From the NCBI GenBank assembly GCA_038087875.1, contig CM075990.1, forward strand, positions 2,978,001-3,042,000: a stretch of DNA of 64,000 nucleotides, read 5' to 3'. How positions within the stretch are numbered: position 1 is the stretch's first letter; each line of letters begins with the position of its first letter. The DNA is from Malacoraja senta (taxonomy: Eukaryota). The position numbers were made by a program, and so were the translations under genes. Below are positions 1 to 10,908 of the stretch, in pieces. The notes beneath the pieces were generated by a model that ran no database searches, was not told the DNA's origin, and was given only the letters and a program-made list of their open reading frames with translations.

Positions 1-113
1 CACTGACGATCAAGTACACAAGTATGCACATGTGCAAATGTGCATGGAAGTGCACACATATGGAGCACACACCCACACACCCACACACAAACACACTCAC
101 AATATTTACTGAA

Positions 114-533
114 CATTTATAGAATTATTACAAACATAAGGTGCAAAAGTACTTTAAAAAAAAAATTGAGGTCAGGTAAGGGGGGATGATAGTTGAAGAG
201 TTGGTATGCCCAATTTGCGTAATGCTCATAAAAATATTTGTTTCTCTCTTTTTCCTCTTTCTCTCTTTCTTTTTTTCCTAGGGTCTATTTCTTAACTCTT
301 TTTCTTTTGTTTTTAATTTTGCTCTTATAGAGTCTTCGTCCTTTTTTGTTGTCACATTTCCTACACTTTCACTTTTTCCTTCACTTTCTTCTTTCTTTCA
401 ATCTTTTCCTTTTCTAGTGTAAAAAGTAAATGGAGTTCATTAATTGTAAGAAGACATAAATGACAAGTACTAATGTATGTGGTTGTAATGTAATGTACTT
501 CTAATAAAATACAAATTAAAAAAAAAAAAAAAA
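114..533 (+). mobile_element. 5'-truncated poly(A)-tailed retroposon (L1/Tx1-like 3' UTR)
   Basis: AATAAA at ~503, A-tail 518-533, flanked by direct repeat CAATATTTACTGAA at 100-113 and 534-547 (TSD). Confidence 0.65.
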
Positions 534-674
534 CAATATTTACTGAAACAAAAATCTGCAAGTGGAAATATACACAGACATACGATGGCAGTATAGAAAA
601 ATGCTCACCGAAAACACAGACATCGTAACTTAGAGATATACCTATTCTCACACACTTTTATTTTTTACAGACAC

Positions 675-970
675 AATATGGAAACAGGCCCCTCGACCCA
701 ATCCAACCATCGATCGCCCATTCACACTAGTTCCATGTTATCCCACTTCCTCATCCACTCCCTACACACTCGAGGCAATTTTCAGAAGCCAATCAACCTA
801 CAAACCCGCCTGTCTTTGGGATGTGGGAGGAAACCGGAGCACCCGGACGAAACCCAGGCGGTCACGGGGAGAACATGCAAACTCCACACATACAGCACCC
901 GAGGTCTGGGTTGGACCTGGGTCTCTGCCGCTGTGAGGCAGCGGTTCAACCAGCTGTGTCACTGTGCCGG
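675..970 (-). mobile_element. HE1/V-SINE-like tRNA-derived SINE
   Basis: Reverse complement of tRNA-like head, V-type core and CR1-like tail seen in many copies here. Confidence 0.8.
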
Positions 971-1061
971 CAATTGAACTGTCCGTGCACGTAACTGCAG
1001 AAAACATGTTCTCCGCAATGAGCAATGTGATAAGCATTTAATTTAAAAATCAATGTTGCTG

Positions 1062-1278
1062 ATGTGCGGAGTTTGTATGTTCTCCCTTGGGTTTTCTCCG
1101 GGTGCTCCGGCTTCCTCCCACATTCCAAAGACGTACAGGGTTGTAGGTTAATTGGTTTCTGTAAAATTGAAAATTGTCCCTATTGTGTAGGATAGTGCTA
1201 ATGTATGGGGTGATTGCTGGTAGGCGCAGAGTTGGTGGGCTGAAGGGCTGGTTTCTGCACTGTATCTAAAGTCTAAAG
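1062..1278 (+). mobile_element. HE1/V-SINE-like SINE, head missing
   Basis: Core GGGTTTTCTCCGGGTGCTCCGG and tail ending CTGTATCTAAAGTCTAAAG. Confidence 0.75.
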
Positions 1279-1469
1279 TGAGTCAACCTGATTTTTTGAC
1301 CACCATCTCTGCCTACTGAACCTCCCCATCCTTGTTCTAACTCCTCAGACTCACAACTCTACTGCTCTTAGGGGAAGAACACAATTCTACTGCTCTTGAG
1401 GGTAAGATGTCTCAGCCCACTGTCACCGGAAATCATCCAGCCTATTGATACCAGACCCTTGCTTCTACT

Positions 1470-1890
1470 GATAGACACAAAATGCTGGAGTAACTCATCG
1501 GGACAGGTAGCATCTCTGGAGAGAAGGAATGGGTGACGTTTCGGGTTGAGACCCTTCTTCAGACAAATGTCAGGGGAGTAGGAGGTACGGAGATAAAATG
1601 TAGTCAGAGACAGGTCGGAGAACTGGGAAGGAGGAGGGGACAGAGAGAGAGGGAAAGCAAGGGCTACTTGAAGTTAGAGAAGTCAATGTTCATACCACTG
1701 TGGTGTGAGCTGCCCAAGCGAAATATGATTTGCTGCTCCTCCAATTTGCACTGGGCCTCACTCTTGACAGTGGAGGAGGCCCAGGACAGAAAGGTCAGTG
1801 TGGGAATGGGAGGGGAAGTTAAAGTGTTGAGCAACCGGGAGATCAAGTAGGTTTAGGCAGACTGAGCGGAGGTGTTCAGCGAAACGATCG
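1470..1890 (-). mobile_element. Penelope-like element 3' remnant (GIY-YIG end plus terminal unit with hammerhead motif)
   Basis: Same sequence as 23690-24170; minus-strand CTGAAGAAGGGTCTCAACCCGAAACGTC at ~1536-1562. Confidence 0.75.
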
Positions 1891-2089
1891 GGGATCTTCT
1901 ACAGTATCCCCAAATCGTCAATCCTACTGTCCGTCACCTGAATCATGGTACTCCTAAAGCTCTTGAACTGACGCCATTAACCCTTCAGATTCCAGATCCC
2001 ATTAACCCTCTGCAGAAGCTTAATCCACCTGAACCCCAGACTTTCTGATCCCCATTCTATTGACCTCAGACCCGTGATGTTCATCTTAT

Positions 2090-2420
2090 AGGAGCAGAAT
2101 TCGGCCCATCAAGTCTACTTCACCATTCAATCATGGCTGATCAATCTTTCCCTCTCAACCCCATTCTCCTGCCTTCTCCCCATAACCCCTGACATCATTA
2201 CTAATTAAGAATCTGCAAGTCTCCGCCTTCAAAATACACACTGATTTGGCCTCCATAGCCGTCTGTGTCAATGAATTCCACAGATTAACTATTCTCTGAC
2301 TAAAGAATTTCCTTCTCACCTTTCTAAAAGAGCACCCTTGTATTCTGAGGCTGTGACCTCTGGTCCTGGACTCTCCCACTTGTGGAAACATCCTCTCCAC
2401 ATCCACTCTATCCAGGCCTA
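2090..2420 (-). mobile_element. CR1 LINE 3' fragment
   Basis: ORF 2155-2406 has CR1 ORF2 C-terminal motif SRTRGHSLRI...FFSQRIVNLWNSL. Confidence 0.85.
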
Positions 2421-2659
2421 TGAATCCTGTGAATCTTCAAGGTTCCCTCTGATCCTTCCTGACACCAGTCATACTGACGCTCTCCTGACTTCAGATCCAA
2501 TTGACATTCAATACCCCTCCACCCCTTCCACTATCGCAGACTCATCAAGGAACGACCCACTTCCACCCACAGAGTGTAGAAGGGTTGACAGACGATGCGT
2601 GGGCTTTGTGTACCATTGACTTCACTGTAGAATATCTAGTCCAATATAGAATAGATATC

Positions 2660-3130
2660 GCACTTCATCACGCAAACCAGACTACAGCTACCGTGCTGCC
2701 TCACGCTGCCTTGAGAAGGCCAGCAGCATAATCAAGGACCAGTCTCACCCCGGTCACTCCCTCTTCTCCCCTCTCCCATCAGGCAAGAGGTACAGAAGTG
2801 TGAAAACGCACACCTCCAGATTCAGTGTTTAAGAAAGAACTGCAGATGCTGGAAAAATCGAAGGTAGACAAAAATGCTGGAGAAACTCAGCGGGTGAGGC
2901 AGCATCTATGGAGAGAAGGAATAGGCAACGTTTCGGGTCGAGACCCTTCTTCAGACTCGTCCCTCCATAGATGCTGCCTCACCTCCAGATTCAGAGATAG
3001 TTTCTTCCCAGCTGTTATCAGGCAACTGAACCATCCTATTAACAACTTGAGAGCGGAGCTGACCTAATATCTACCCCATTGAAACCCTCGGACTATCTTA
3101 AATCAAATTTTTCTGGACTTTATCTTGCGT
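2660..3130 (+). mobile_element. Rex1/Babar-type LINE 3' fragment interrupted by a Penelope-derived unit
   Basis: Encodes KASSIIKDQSHPGHSLFSPLPSG...RFRDSFFPAVIRQLN; insertion at 2826-2979 with 15-bp TSD. Confidence 0.75.
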
Positions 3131-3140
3131 TATTCCCTAT

Positions 3141-3562
3141 TATAGACAATAGACAATAGACAATAGGTGCAGGAGTAGGCCATTCGGCCCTTCAAGCCAG
3201 CACCGCCATTCAATGTGATCATGGCTGATCATCGCCAATCAGTACCCCGTTCCTGTCTTCTCCCCATATCCCCTGACTCCGCTATTTTTAAGAGCCCTAT
3301 CTAGCTCTCTCTTGAAAGCATCCAGAGAACCTGCCTCCACTTTTTCTCACAGAGAGTGGTGAGTCTGTGGAATTCTCTGAGGCAGAGAATTCCACAGACT
3401 CACCACTCTCTGTGAGAAAAAGTGTTTCCTCGTCTCCGTTCTAAATGGCTTACTCCTTATTCTTAAACTGTGGCCCCTGGTTCTGGACTCCCCCAACATC
3501 GGGAACATGTTTCCTGCCTCTAGCGTGTCCAAGCCCTTAACAATCTTATATGTTTCAATCTC
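3141..3562 (-). mobile_element. CR1 LINE 3' fragment with TSD and internal inverted duplication
   Basis: ORF 3347-3532 CR1 motif; (ATTGTCT)n tail; 19-bp TSD ATCTTGCGTTATTCCCTAT at 3122-3140 and 3563-3581. Confidence 0.85.
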
Positions 3563-3802
3563 ATCTTGCGTTATTCCCTATATCCTCTATCTGTACACAT
3601 TGTCATCATGTACGGTCTTTCCGTTGACTGGTTAGCATGCAACAAACGCTTTTCACTGTACCTCTGTACACATGACATTAAACTAAACTAAACTAAATTG
3701 AACTTTAAATCTTTTTGTAATTTTCATGGATATTCGAAACACCAATGGGGAGAATAAAAGGGGTGATTCATGTTTTGCTGAAAGCTATGAGTACTGGCAT
3801 GT

Positions 3803-4115
3803 GGGCAGCACAGTGTGCAGCAGTAGAGCTGCTGCCTCACAGCACCAGAGACCCTGGTTCAATCCTGACCTCGGATACTGTCTGAGTGGAGTTTATACGT
3901 TCTCCCTGTGACCGCATGGGTTTTCTCCGGGTGCTCGGGTTTCAGCCCACACTCTAAAGACATGCGGGTTTGTAGGCTAATTGGCCTCTGTAAATTGCCT
4001 CTCGTGAACAGGATATGAAATTGGGATCACATAGAACTAGTGTGCGGGTGATCATTGGTCAGCATGCACTCGTTGGGCCGAAAGGCCTATTTCAACGTTG
4101 TGTCTCTAAACGAAA
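3803..4115 (+). mobile_element. HE1/V-SINE-like SINE
   Basis: B-box-like GGTTCAATCC, core and tail. Confidence 0.8.
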
Positions 4116-4372
4116 CAAAACTCAATATGAAGATTCATTTATTTTTCTCTTTGCAGAAAATCATAGACACCAATTTTCGGGCTCTTACAGCATGGACCCG
4201 GTGGGCTGTTTCCACTCTGTACCTTGCAATCTATCAAGCGACTAGAGTAAGGAAGAGAAAATAAAAACCGCTTCGCCCAAAACATTCACAAATAAATTGC
4301 TGGTTCTACTTTTAATTATAACAAGCCATTAAATAAAATTGGAACTAAATCTACCCCTTGCATCTCCTCTCT

Positions 4373-4373
<1 letters not shown>

Positions 4374-4438
<65 letters not shown>
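4374..4438. repeat. (CT)n microsatellite
   Basis: About 32 uninterrupted CT units. Confidence 0.95.
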
Positions 4439-4439
<1 letters not shown>

Positions 4440-4441
<2 letters not shown>

Positions 4442-4740
4442 CCTCTCCCTTCCCTTGTCATTGTACTAGTTTCAATGTCGTCTTGTTGAGTTTCATTGTC
4501 TGTAACTAGTTTTCACCTAGCCCACAGCTACCAATGGCCTGTTTCCTTTATCATCGTTACTGTTTTGCCTATCTTTCATTTGTTTGTTCTATATCTCTCT
4601 ATATCACCGTCTATATCTCTCGTTTCCCTTTCCCCCAATTCTCAGTCTGAAGAAAGGTCTCGACCCGAAACGTCACCTATTCCCTTTTCTCCAGAGATGC
4701 TGTCTGACCCGCTGAATTACTCCAGCTTTTTGTATCCATC
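4440..4740 (+). mobile_element. Penelope-like terminal region with hammerhead motif
   Basis: CAGTCTGAAGAAAGGTCTCGACCCGAAACGTC at ~4643-4674 followed by the shared CTCCAGAGATGCTG...TTACTCCAGC unit. Confidence 0.7.
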
Positions 4741-4782
4741 CCCTCAATTCAGACGCCGGGTGTGTGTTATCCACTCGGAGAA

Positions 4783-5057
4783 AGGGGCGGCACTGTGGCG
4801 TGGCAGTAGGGTTTCTGCCTCACAGCACCAGAGACCTGGGTTCAATCCTGACTACGGGTGCTGTCTGTACGGAGTTTGTACATTCTCCCCGTGACCTGCG
4901 TTGGTTTTCTCTGAGATCCTCGGTTTCCTCCCACACTCCAAAGACGTACCTGGTGTGTGCAGGGTGGTGTTAATGTGCGGGGATCGCTGGTCATTGCCCA
5001 CTCGGTGGGCCGAAGGGCCTGTTTCCATGCTGTATCACTAAACTAAGCTAAACTAAA
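4783..5057 (+). mobile_element. HE1/V-SINE-like SINE
   Basis: Head, core and (CTAAA)n tail. Confidence 0.8.
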
Positions 5058-5263
5058 TGCAGTATGTGTAGGAAGGAACTGCTGATGCTGGTTTAAACCG
5101 AAGATGGACACAAGAAGCCGGAGTTACTCAGTGGGTCAGACAGCTTCTCTGGAGAAAGGAGATTTGGGTCGAGAACCTTCTTCCTTCTTCCTTGGTTTAT
5201 AATGGGAATTTGAGCTTGATGAGCCATAATAGTACCTGTATCTTCGAGGTGCGAGGACATCTC

Positions 5264-5463
5264 NNNNNNNNNNNNNNNNNNNNNNNNNNNNNNNNNNNNN
5301 NNNNNNNNNNNNNNNNNNNNNNNNNNNNNNNNNNNNNNNNNNNNNNNNNNNNNNNNNNNNNNNNNNNNNNNNNNNNNNNNNNNNNNNNNNNNNNNNNNNN
5401 NNNNNNNNNNNNNNNNNNNNNNNNNNNNNNNNNNNNNNNNNNNNNNNNNNNNNNNNNNNNNNN
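5264..5463. other. Assembly gap (200 N)
   Basis: Run of N. Confidence 1.
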
Positions 5464-5972
5464 GAGCTTGCTATTGAGGGAGTGCAGCGTAGGTTTACAA
5501 GGTTAATTCCCGGGATGGCGGGACTGTCATGTGCTGAGAGAATGGAGCAGCTGGGCTTGTACACTCTGGAGTTTAGAAGGATGAGAGGATATCTCATTGA
5601 AACATATAAGATTGTTAAGGGTTTGGACACGCTAGAGGCAGGAAACATGTTCCCGATGTTGGGGGAGTCCAGAACCAGGGGCCACATTTTAAGAATAAGG
5701 AGTAAGCCATTTAGAACGGAGATGAGGAAACACATTTTCTCACAGAGAGTGGTGAATTCTCTGCCTCAGAGGGTGGTGGAGGCAGATTCTCTGGATGCTT
5801 TCAAGAGAGAGCTAGATAGGGCTTAAAAATAGCGGAGTCAGAGGATATGGGGAGAAGGCAGGAACGGGGTACTGATTGGGGATGATCAGCCATGATCAGA
5901 TTGATTGGTGGTGCTGGCTCAAAGGGCCTAATGGTCTCCTCCTGCACCTATTGTCTATTGTCTATTGTCTAT
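5464..5972 (+). mobile_element. CR1 LINE 3' fragment
   Basis: ORF 5482-5826 QRRFTRLIPGM...LEFRRMRG.LIETYKI; (CTATTGT)n tail. Confidence 0.9.
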
Positions 5973-6499
5973 AAGAACCTATTTTGGAAATTAAGTGCCT
6001 TGGAAAAGATGTGATTGTCCTCTCAGGTGCGTGACCTACCTACACAGGTTGTTGTAAATTAAACCCTGGCTGTTAGTGCACACCAAAACTAAACCACATT
6101 GACAACATTGTAACTGGAACTAGTTTACAAATCAACATTAAGTAATAATTTTCATGACAGATGAACTAAATTAACATTAAAAGGGATGTAATGCTGAGGC
6201 TTTATAAGGCACTGGTCAGACAGCATTTAGAGTATTGTGAGCAGTTTTGTGCCCCATATCTGAGGAAGGATGTGCTGGCATTGGTTTGGGGTCCAGAGGG
6301 GGTTTACGAGAATGATCCCAGGAATGAGTGGGTTAAATTTCTATTAAAACACAAAGTATTTGTGCTATAACATCAGGATAAGCACTGGACCATGAAAACC
6401 AAGCCCAAAGCCAAAGTAGTATCTAAACCATACACATTTATCCTATGGGACAATAACAAACTCCATATGCTATCTAAATGCCAACAAGCACATTTGACG

Positions 6500-6735
6500 A
6501 AAGAAGATCCTCCTCGTCTCCTTTCTAAAGGTACAGTACGTCCTTTTATTCTGAGGCTGTGCCCTCTGGTCCTGGACTCTCCCATTACTGGAAACACCCT
6601 CTCCACATCCACTCTATCCAGGCCTATCACTATCTGGTAGGTTTCAATCAGAACCCTCTCATCCTTCTGAACTCCAGTGAGTACAGGCCCAGAGCCGTCA
6701 AAATGCTCCTCATACGTTAACCCAATCATCCCTGG
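6500..6735 (-). mobile_element. CR1 LINE fragment
   Basis: LIETYQIVIGLDRVDVERVFP.MGESRTRGHSLRIKG in ORF 6373-6729. Confidence 0.8.
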
Positions 6736-6939
6736 GTTTACTCATTATATCTTTCTGGAATTAAGGAACTGCTGATGCTAGTCTACGAGAAAAGACACAA
6801 TGTGCTGAATTAACTCATCGAGTCCAGCAGCATTTCTGGAGAACATGGATAGGTGATATTTTGGGTCGGGACCCTAGAATTCAAAGTTCAAGCCGTAGTT
6901 TTGTAGGCACCCCAAGCAGAATATGAGGTGCTGTTACAA

Positions 6940-7270
6940 GGTCATAAGGTCATAAGGTCATAAGTGATAGGGTAAGAATTAGGCCATTCGGCCCATCTAC
7001 TCCGCCATTCAAGCATGGCTGATCTATCTCTCCCTCCTAACCCCATTCTCCTGCCTTCTCCCCATAACCCCTGACACCCGTACTAATCAAGAATCTATCT
7101 ATCTCTGCCTTAAAAATATCCACTGACTTGGCCCCCACAGCCTTCTGTGGCAATGAATTCCACAGATTCACCACCTCCTGACTAAAGAAATTCCTCCCCC
7201 TCTCATTCCTAGAGGAACATCCTTTGATTCTGCGGCCTATGACCTCAAGTCCTGGACTCCCCCACTCTCC
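6940..7270 (-). mobile_element. CR1 LINE 3' fragment
   Basis: FFSQEVVNLWNSLPQKAV motif; (TATGACC)n tail. Confidence 0.85.
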
Positions 7271-7274
7271 CACC

Positions 7275-7600
7275 CGGGGGGGAGCTGGAGACGTCGGCCT
7301 ACAGGAGTGGCTTCAGCAGGAGGGTGAACCGGAGTAATGCCTGCAGCGGATTCAAGGTCGGCTGCAGGAGGCACCCCCGGGACACAGAGACGGCCGGGCG
7401 AGGAGACGAGAGGGACATCGGTTGGCGGGAACTGCTCCAGAACATCGAGCGCGCGGGCCGACCGGATTCTGGACGCTGAATAATGGCGGCATAGATGGCG
7501 ACATCCGCATGTGTAATATCTGCAAAATGAATCTCACTGTGCAGTAGTATATGTGGCAAATAAAACAGCGTTGAACTATATTGAACTATTGAACTATTGG
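7275..7600 (+). mobile_element. GC-rich non-autonomous retroelement with Rex1-like 3' tail
   Basis: GC-rich body, then GAATCTCACTGTG...TGTGGCAAATAAA and (TTGAACTA)n, resembling Rex1-type tails in this window. Confidence 0.5.
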
Positions 7601-7967
7601 AGTCTAGGGATGCACTTTTAACCCCCATGCTTTGAGGACTGCTCCATGCATTGTTTTCTGCTCAAGGAGCCCTTCTCTCAGACACAGGTGCAAGTGCACT
7701 TGAGGTCAACAGATCTCATTGAGGGTGAAGGCCGGGGAAGAATGCTCCCATTATCCCTTCGACAAACAAGGGCTCCTTCTTACCAGTTTCACATCACTCA
7801 TTCACTCACTGGAACCAAGCTGTCATAGCCCCGACTGTGTGGTCTTCCGTATCCCTTTCCCGATATCGGCCTTGCCCTGTGCGATTCCAGGTGAGGGCTT
7901 TAAACCGTCTGCAATGACCCTCCTTCATGCACCTGGTTTGAAAGCAAAGCAGAAGAGGCTGGGGAAG

Positions 7968-8240
7968 TAGCTCAGCGGTAGAGTTGCTGCCTCACAGCGC
8001 CAGAGACCCAGGTTCAATCTCGACTACGGGTGCAGTCGGTACAGAGTTTTGTACATTCTCCCCGTGACCTGCGTGGGTTTTCTTCCCACACTTCAAAAAC
8101 ATGCAGGTTTATAGATTAACTGGCTTCTGTGTAAGTTGGTATGCAGGATGGGAAAGTGGGATAACATGGAAATATGTGAATGGGTGATTGCTGGTCAGTG
8201 TGGACTCGGCGGGCCGAAGGGCCTGTTTCCACGCTGTACC
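7968..8240 (+). mobile_element. HE1/V-SINE-like SINE
   Basis: Head, core and tail. Confidence 0.8.
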
Positions 8241-8267
8241 TGGTAATCAATAAAGCGTCGAGGGTAG

Positions 8268-8592
8268 GTTTTAGTTTTAGAGATGCAGCAAAGAAGTAGG
8301 TCCTTTGGCCCACTGAGTCCGCACCGACCAGCGATCCCCCCCCACCCCCCGCACATTAACACTATCCCACACAGGCTAGGGACAAGTTTTACACTTAGAC
8401 CAAGCCAATTCATCTACACACCTGCATGTCTTTGGAGTGTGGGAGGAAACCGAAGTTCTTGGTGAAAACCCACCCAGGTCACGGGGAGAACGTACAAACT
8501 CCGTACAGACAGCACCCGTAGTCAGGATCGAACCCGGGTCTCTGGTGCTGTAAGCGCTTGTAAGGCAGCAACTCTACCGCTGCGCCACCGCC
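8268..8592 (-). mobile_element. HE1/V-SINE-like SINE
   Basis: Full reverse copy, tail-to-tail with the previous copy. Confidence 0.85.
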
Positions 8593-8629
8593 TTGGAAGA
8601 GAAGATAAAAACGACTTTGCATAACATGT

Positions 8630-8875
8630 TCATAAGTTCATCAGTGATAGGAGCAGAATAATTCCATTTGGCCCATCAAGTCTACTCCGCCATTCAATCA
8701 TGGCTGATCTATCTCTCCCTCCTAACCCCATTCGCCTGCCTTCTCCCCATAACCTCTGACACCTGTACTAATCAAGAATCTATCAAATCGCTGACTTAAA
8801 GATATCCACTGACTTGGCCTCCACAGCCTTCTGTGGCAATGAATTCCACAGATTCACCACCCTCTGACTAACGAA
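8630..8875 (-). mobile_element. CR1 LINE 3' fragment
   Basis: SQRVVNLWNSLPQKAVEAKSVDIFK. Confidence 0.85.
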
Positions 8876-9035
8876 CAGGTCCAAACCCTTCATAAGTAAA
8901 TTGATGGTTCGGCTTTCAATGTTGTAAACACTCCAGCCATGAAATAAAGTGGGTACTAAACTACCCCCCCCCCCCCTCAATTCTGACCCGGGTGTAAGTT
9001 ATCCACTCAGAGAAAGAACCTAAAAATTCCTCCAA

Positions 9036-9290
9036 CTGACTACGGGTGCTGTCTGCGTGGAGTTTGCACGTTCTCTCTGTGCCCACGTGGGTTTTCTCCG
9101 GCTGCTCCGGTTTCCTACCACACTTCAAAAGACGTGCAGGTTTGTAGGTTGATTGGCTTCTGTGAATCGAACATTGTCCCCTGTGCGTAGGATAGCGCTA
9201 TCGTACGGGGTGACCGTTGGTCGCCCGCGGACTGGGTGGGCCGAATGGCCTGTTCTCTCGCTGTATCTCTCAAGTCTGAAGTAAAGTTAA
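9036..9290 (+). mobile_element. HE1/V-SINE-like SINE, partial
   Basis: Core and tail. Confidence 0.75.
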
Positions 9291-9694
9291 AAGAAAGCGT
9301 TATAGTTTTTCGAGACATGCGCTGGTGAACCCAATAGCAGTAGGTTTTTACTCCTGGAACCTTTGAAAGCGGTAGGAGATATTCACATGGTTTTATCCGG
9401 CGGAACCAAAGAAGGGCTAGAGTGAATGACGCCTGTCTTTTTTTTAAATAAATTAACAAGCGTACAAGGGTTTCTGATTAAACTTCAAACATCAGTGTTC
9501 TGAGATGGTCTGCTGCCTGCAGGGAGGATGTACCCAGGAAATGGGATCTGTCTTGTCTTTCTCCGATCTCCATCTTTTTGTTGTTTCTTTTGAACATCAC
9601 GGGTGGGAGCGATCAGATGAAGGTTACTGAGCCTCAGATCGTGTGTGAGCTGGAATCCTGCACGCACAGGCAAAGCAGAAGGACCCCACCGAGA

Positions 9695-9868
9695 GGTGGC
9701 ACAGTGGTGCAGCGGTAGCGTTGCTGCCTTACAGCACCGGAGGCCAGGGTTCGATCCTGACTATGGCTGCTGTCTGTACGGAGTTTGTACATTCTTCCCC
9801 GTGACCACGTGGGTTTAATCTGGATGCTCTGTTTCCTCCCGCACTCCAAAGATTTACAGATTTGTAGG
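9695..9868 (+). mobile_element. HE1/V-SINE-like SINE, 5' part
   Basis: GGTGGCACAGTGGTGCAGCGGTAG...GGTTCGATCC head. Confidence 0.75.
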
Positions 9869-9929
9869 ATGTGTAGGAAAGAACTGCAGGTGCTGGTTTA
9901 AATCCAAGCTAGACACTAAATGCTGGAGT

Positions 9930-10908
9930 GAGTAAGTAAGTAAGTAAGTAAGTTTATTGGCCAAGTATTCACATACAAGGAATTTGCCTTGGTGCTCCGC
10001 CCACAAGTAACAACATGACATACAGTGGCAGTTACGAATGACTCAGAAAACACTAAACATTAATAATAATAAAACATTAATGATAAAACACCATTGATCA
10101 AGCATGTGAACCAACAAAATACCAGATCAAAGGGAGCTACAGATTTTTGGCTGTTGAGTAGAGCAACTACTCGTGGATAAAAACGGTTTTTATGTCTGGC
10201 TGTGGCAGCTTTAACAATCCGGAGTCGCCTTTCAGAGGGAAGTGATTCAAAGAGTTTGTGGCCAGGGTGAGAGGGGTCAGAGATGATCTTGCCCGCTCGC
10301 TTCCTGGCCCTTGCAGTGTACAGTTCATCAATGGAGGGAAGGTTGCAGCCAATAACCTTCTCTGCTGATCGGACGATTCGCTGCAGCCTCCTGGTGTCGT
10401 GCTTGGTGGCTGAGCCAAACCAGACCATGATGGAGAAGGTGAGAACAGACTCTACGATGGCCGTATAGAATTGGACCATCATTGCCTGTGGCAGATTGCG
10501 CTTCCTCAGCCTCTGTTGTGCCTTTTTGTCTGTGGAGTCGATGGTAGCCCCCCACTTAAGGTCCTTGGAGATGATGGTTCCCAGGAACTTAAAATACTCC
10601 ACAGATGTGACTGTGATGTTGTTGATGGTGGGTGGGGTGAGGGGAGGGGGAGCTCTCCTAAAGTCTACAATCAATTCCACTGTCTTAAGAGCAATGAGCT
10701 CAAGGTTGTTGCTACGGCACCAGTCCGCCAGTTGTGACACTTCCTGTCTGTAGGCAGATTCCTCCCCATCCTGGATCAGTCCAATCAGGGTTGTGTCGTC
10801 CGCAAACTTGAGAAGCTTGACAGAGGTGTCTGTGGAGGTGCAGTCGTTGGTGTAGAGAGAGTAGAGGAGAGGGGAGAGTACGCAGCCTTGTGGTACTCCT
10901 ATGCTGAG
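9930..10908 (-). mobile_element. Rex1/Babar-type LINE, 5'-truncated (RT C-terminal part)
   Basis: Minus strand encodes GVPQGCVLSPLLYSLYTNDC...KFADDTTLIGLI, continuing as ORF 10060-10740 (WC..NNLEL..KT.ELIVDFRR, FKFLG, WFGS); (ACTT)n tail; splits a Penelope-derived unit. Confidence 0.88.

Noticed and set aside
4157..4246. Apparent 90-nt exon (TTTCTCTTTGCAG acceptor, AGA|GTAAGG donor; KIIDTNFRALTAWTRWAVSTLYLAIYQATR)
   Set aside because: Its second half matches a decayed SINE tail and the paralogous non-exonic sequence at 8215-8270; no recognisable protein. RNA-seq could still rescue it.
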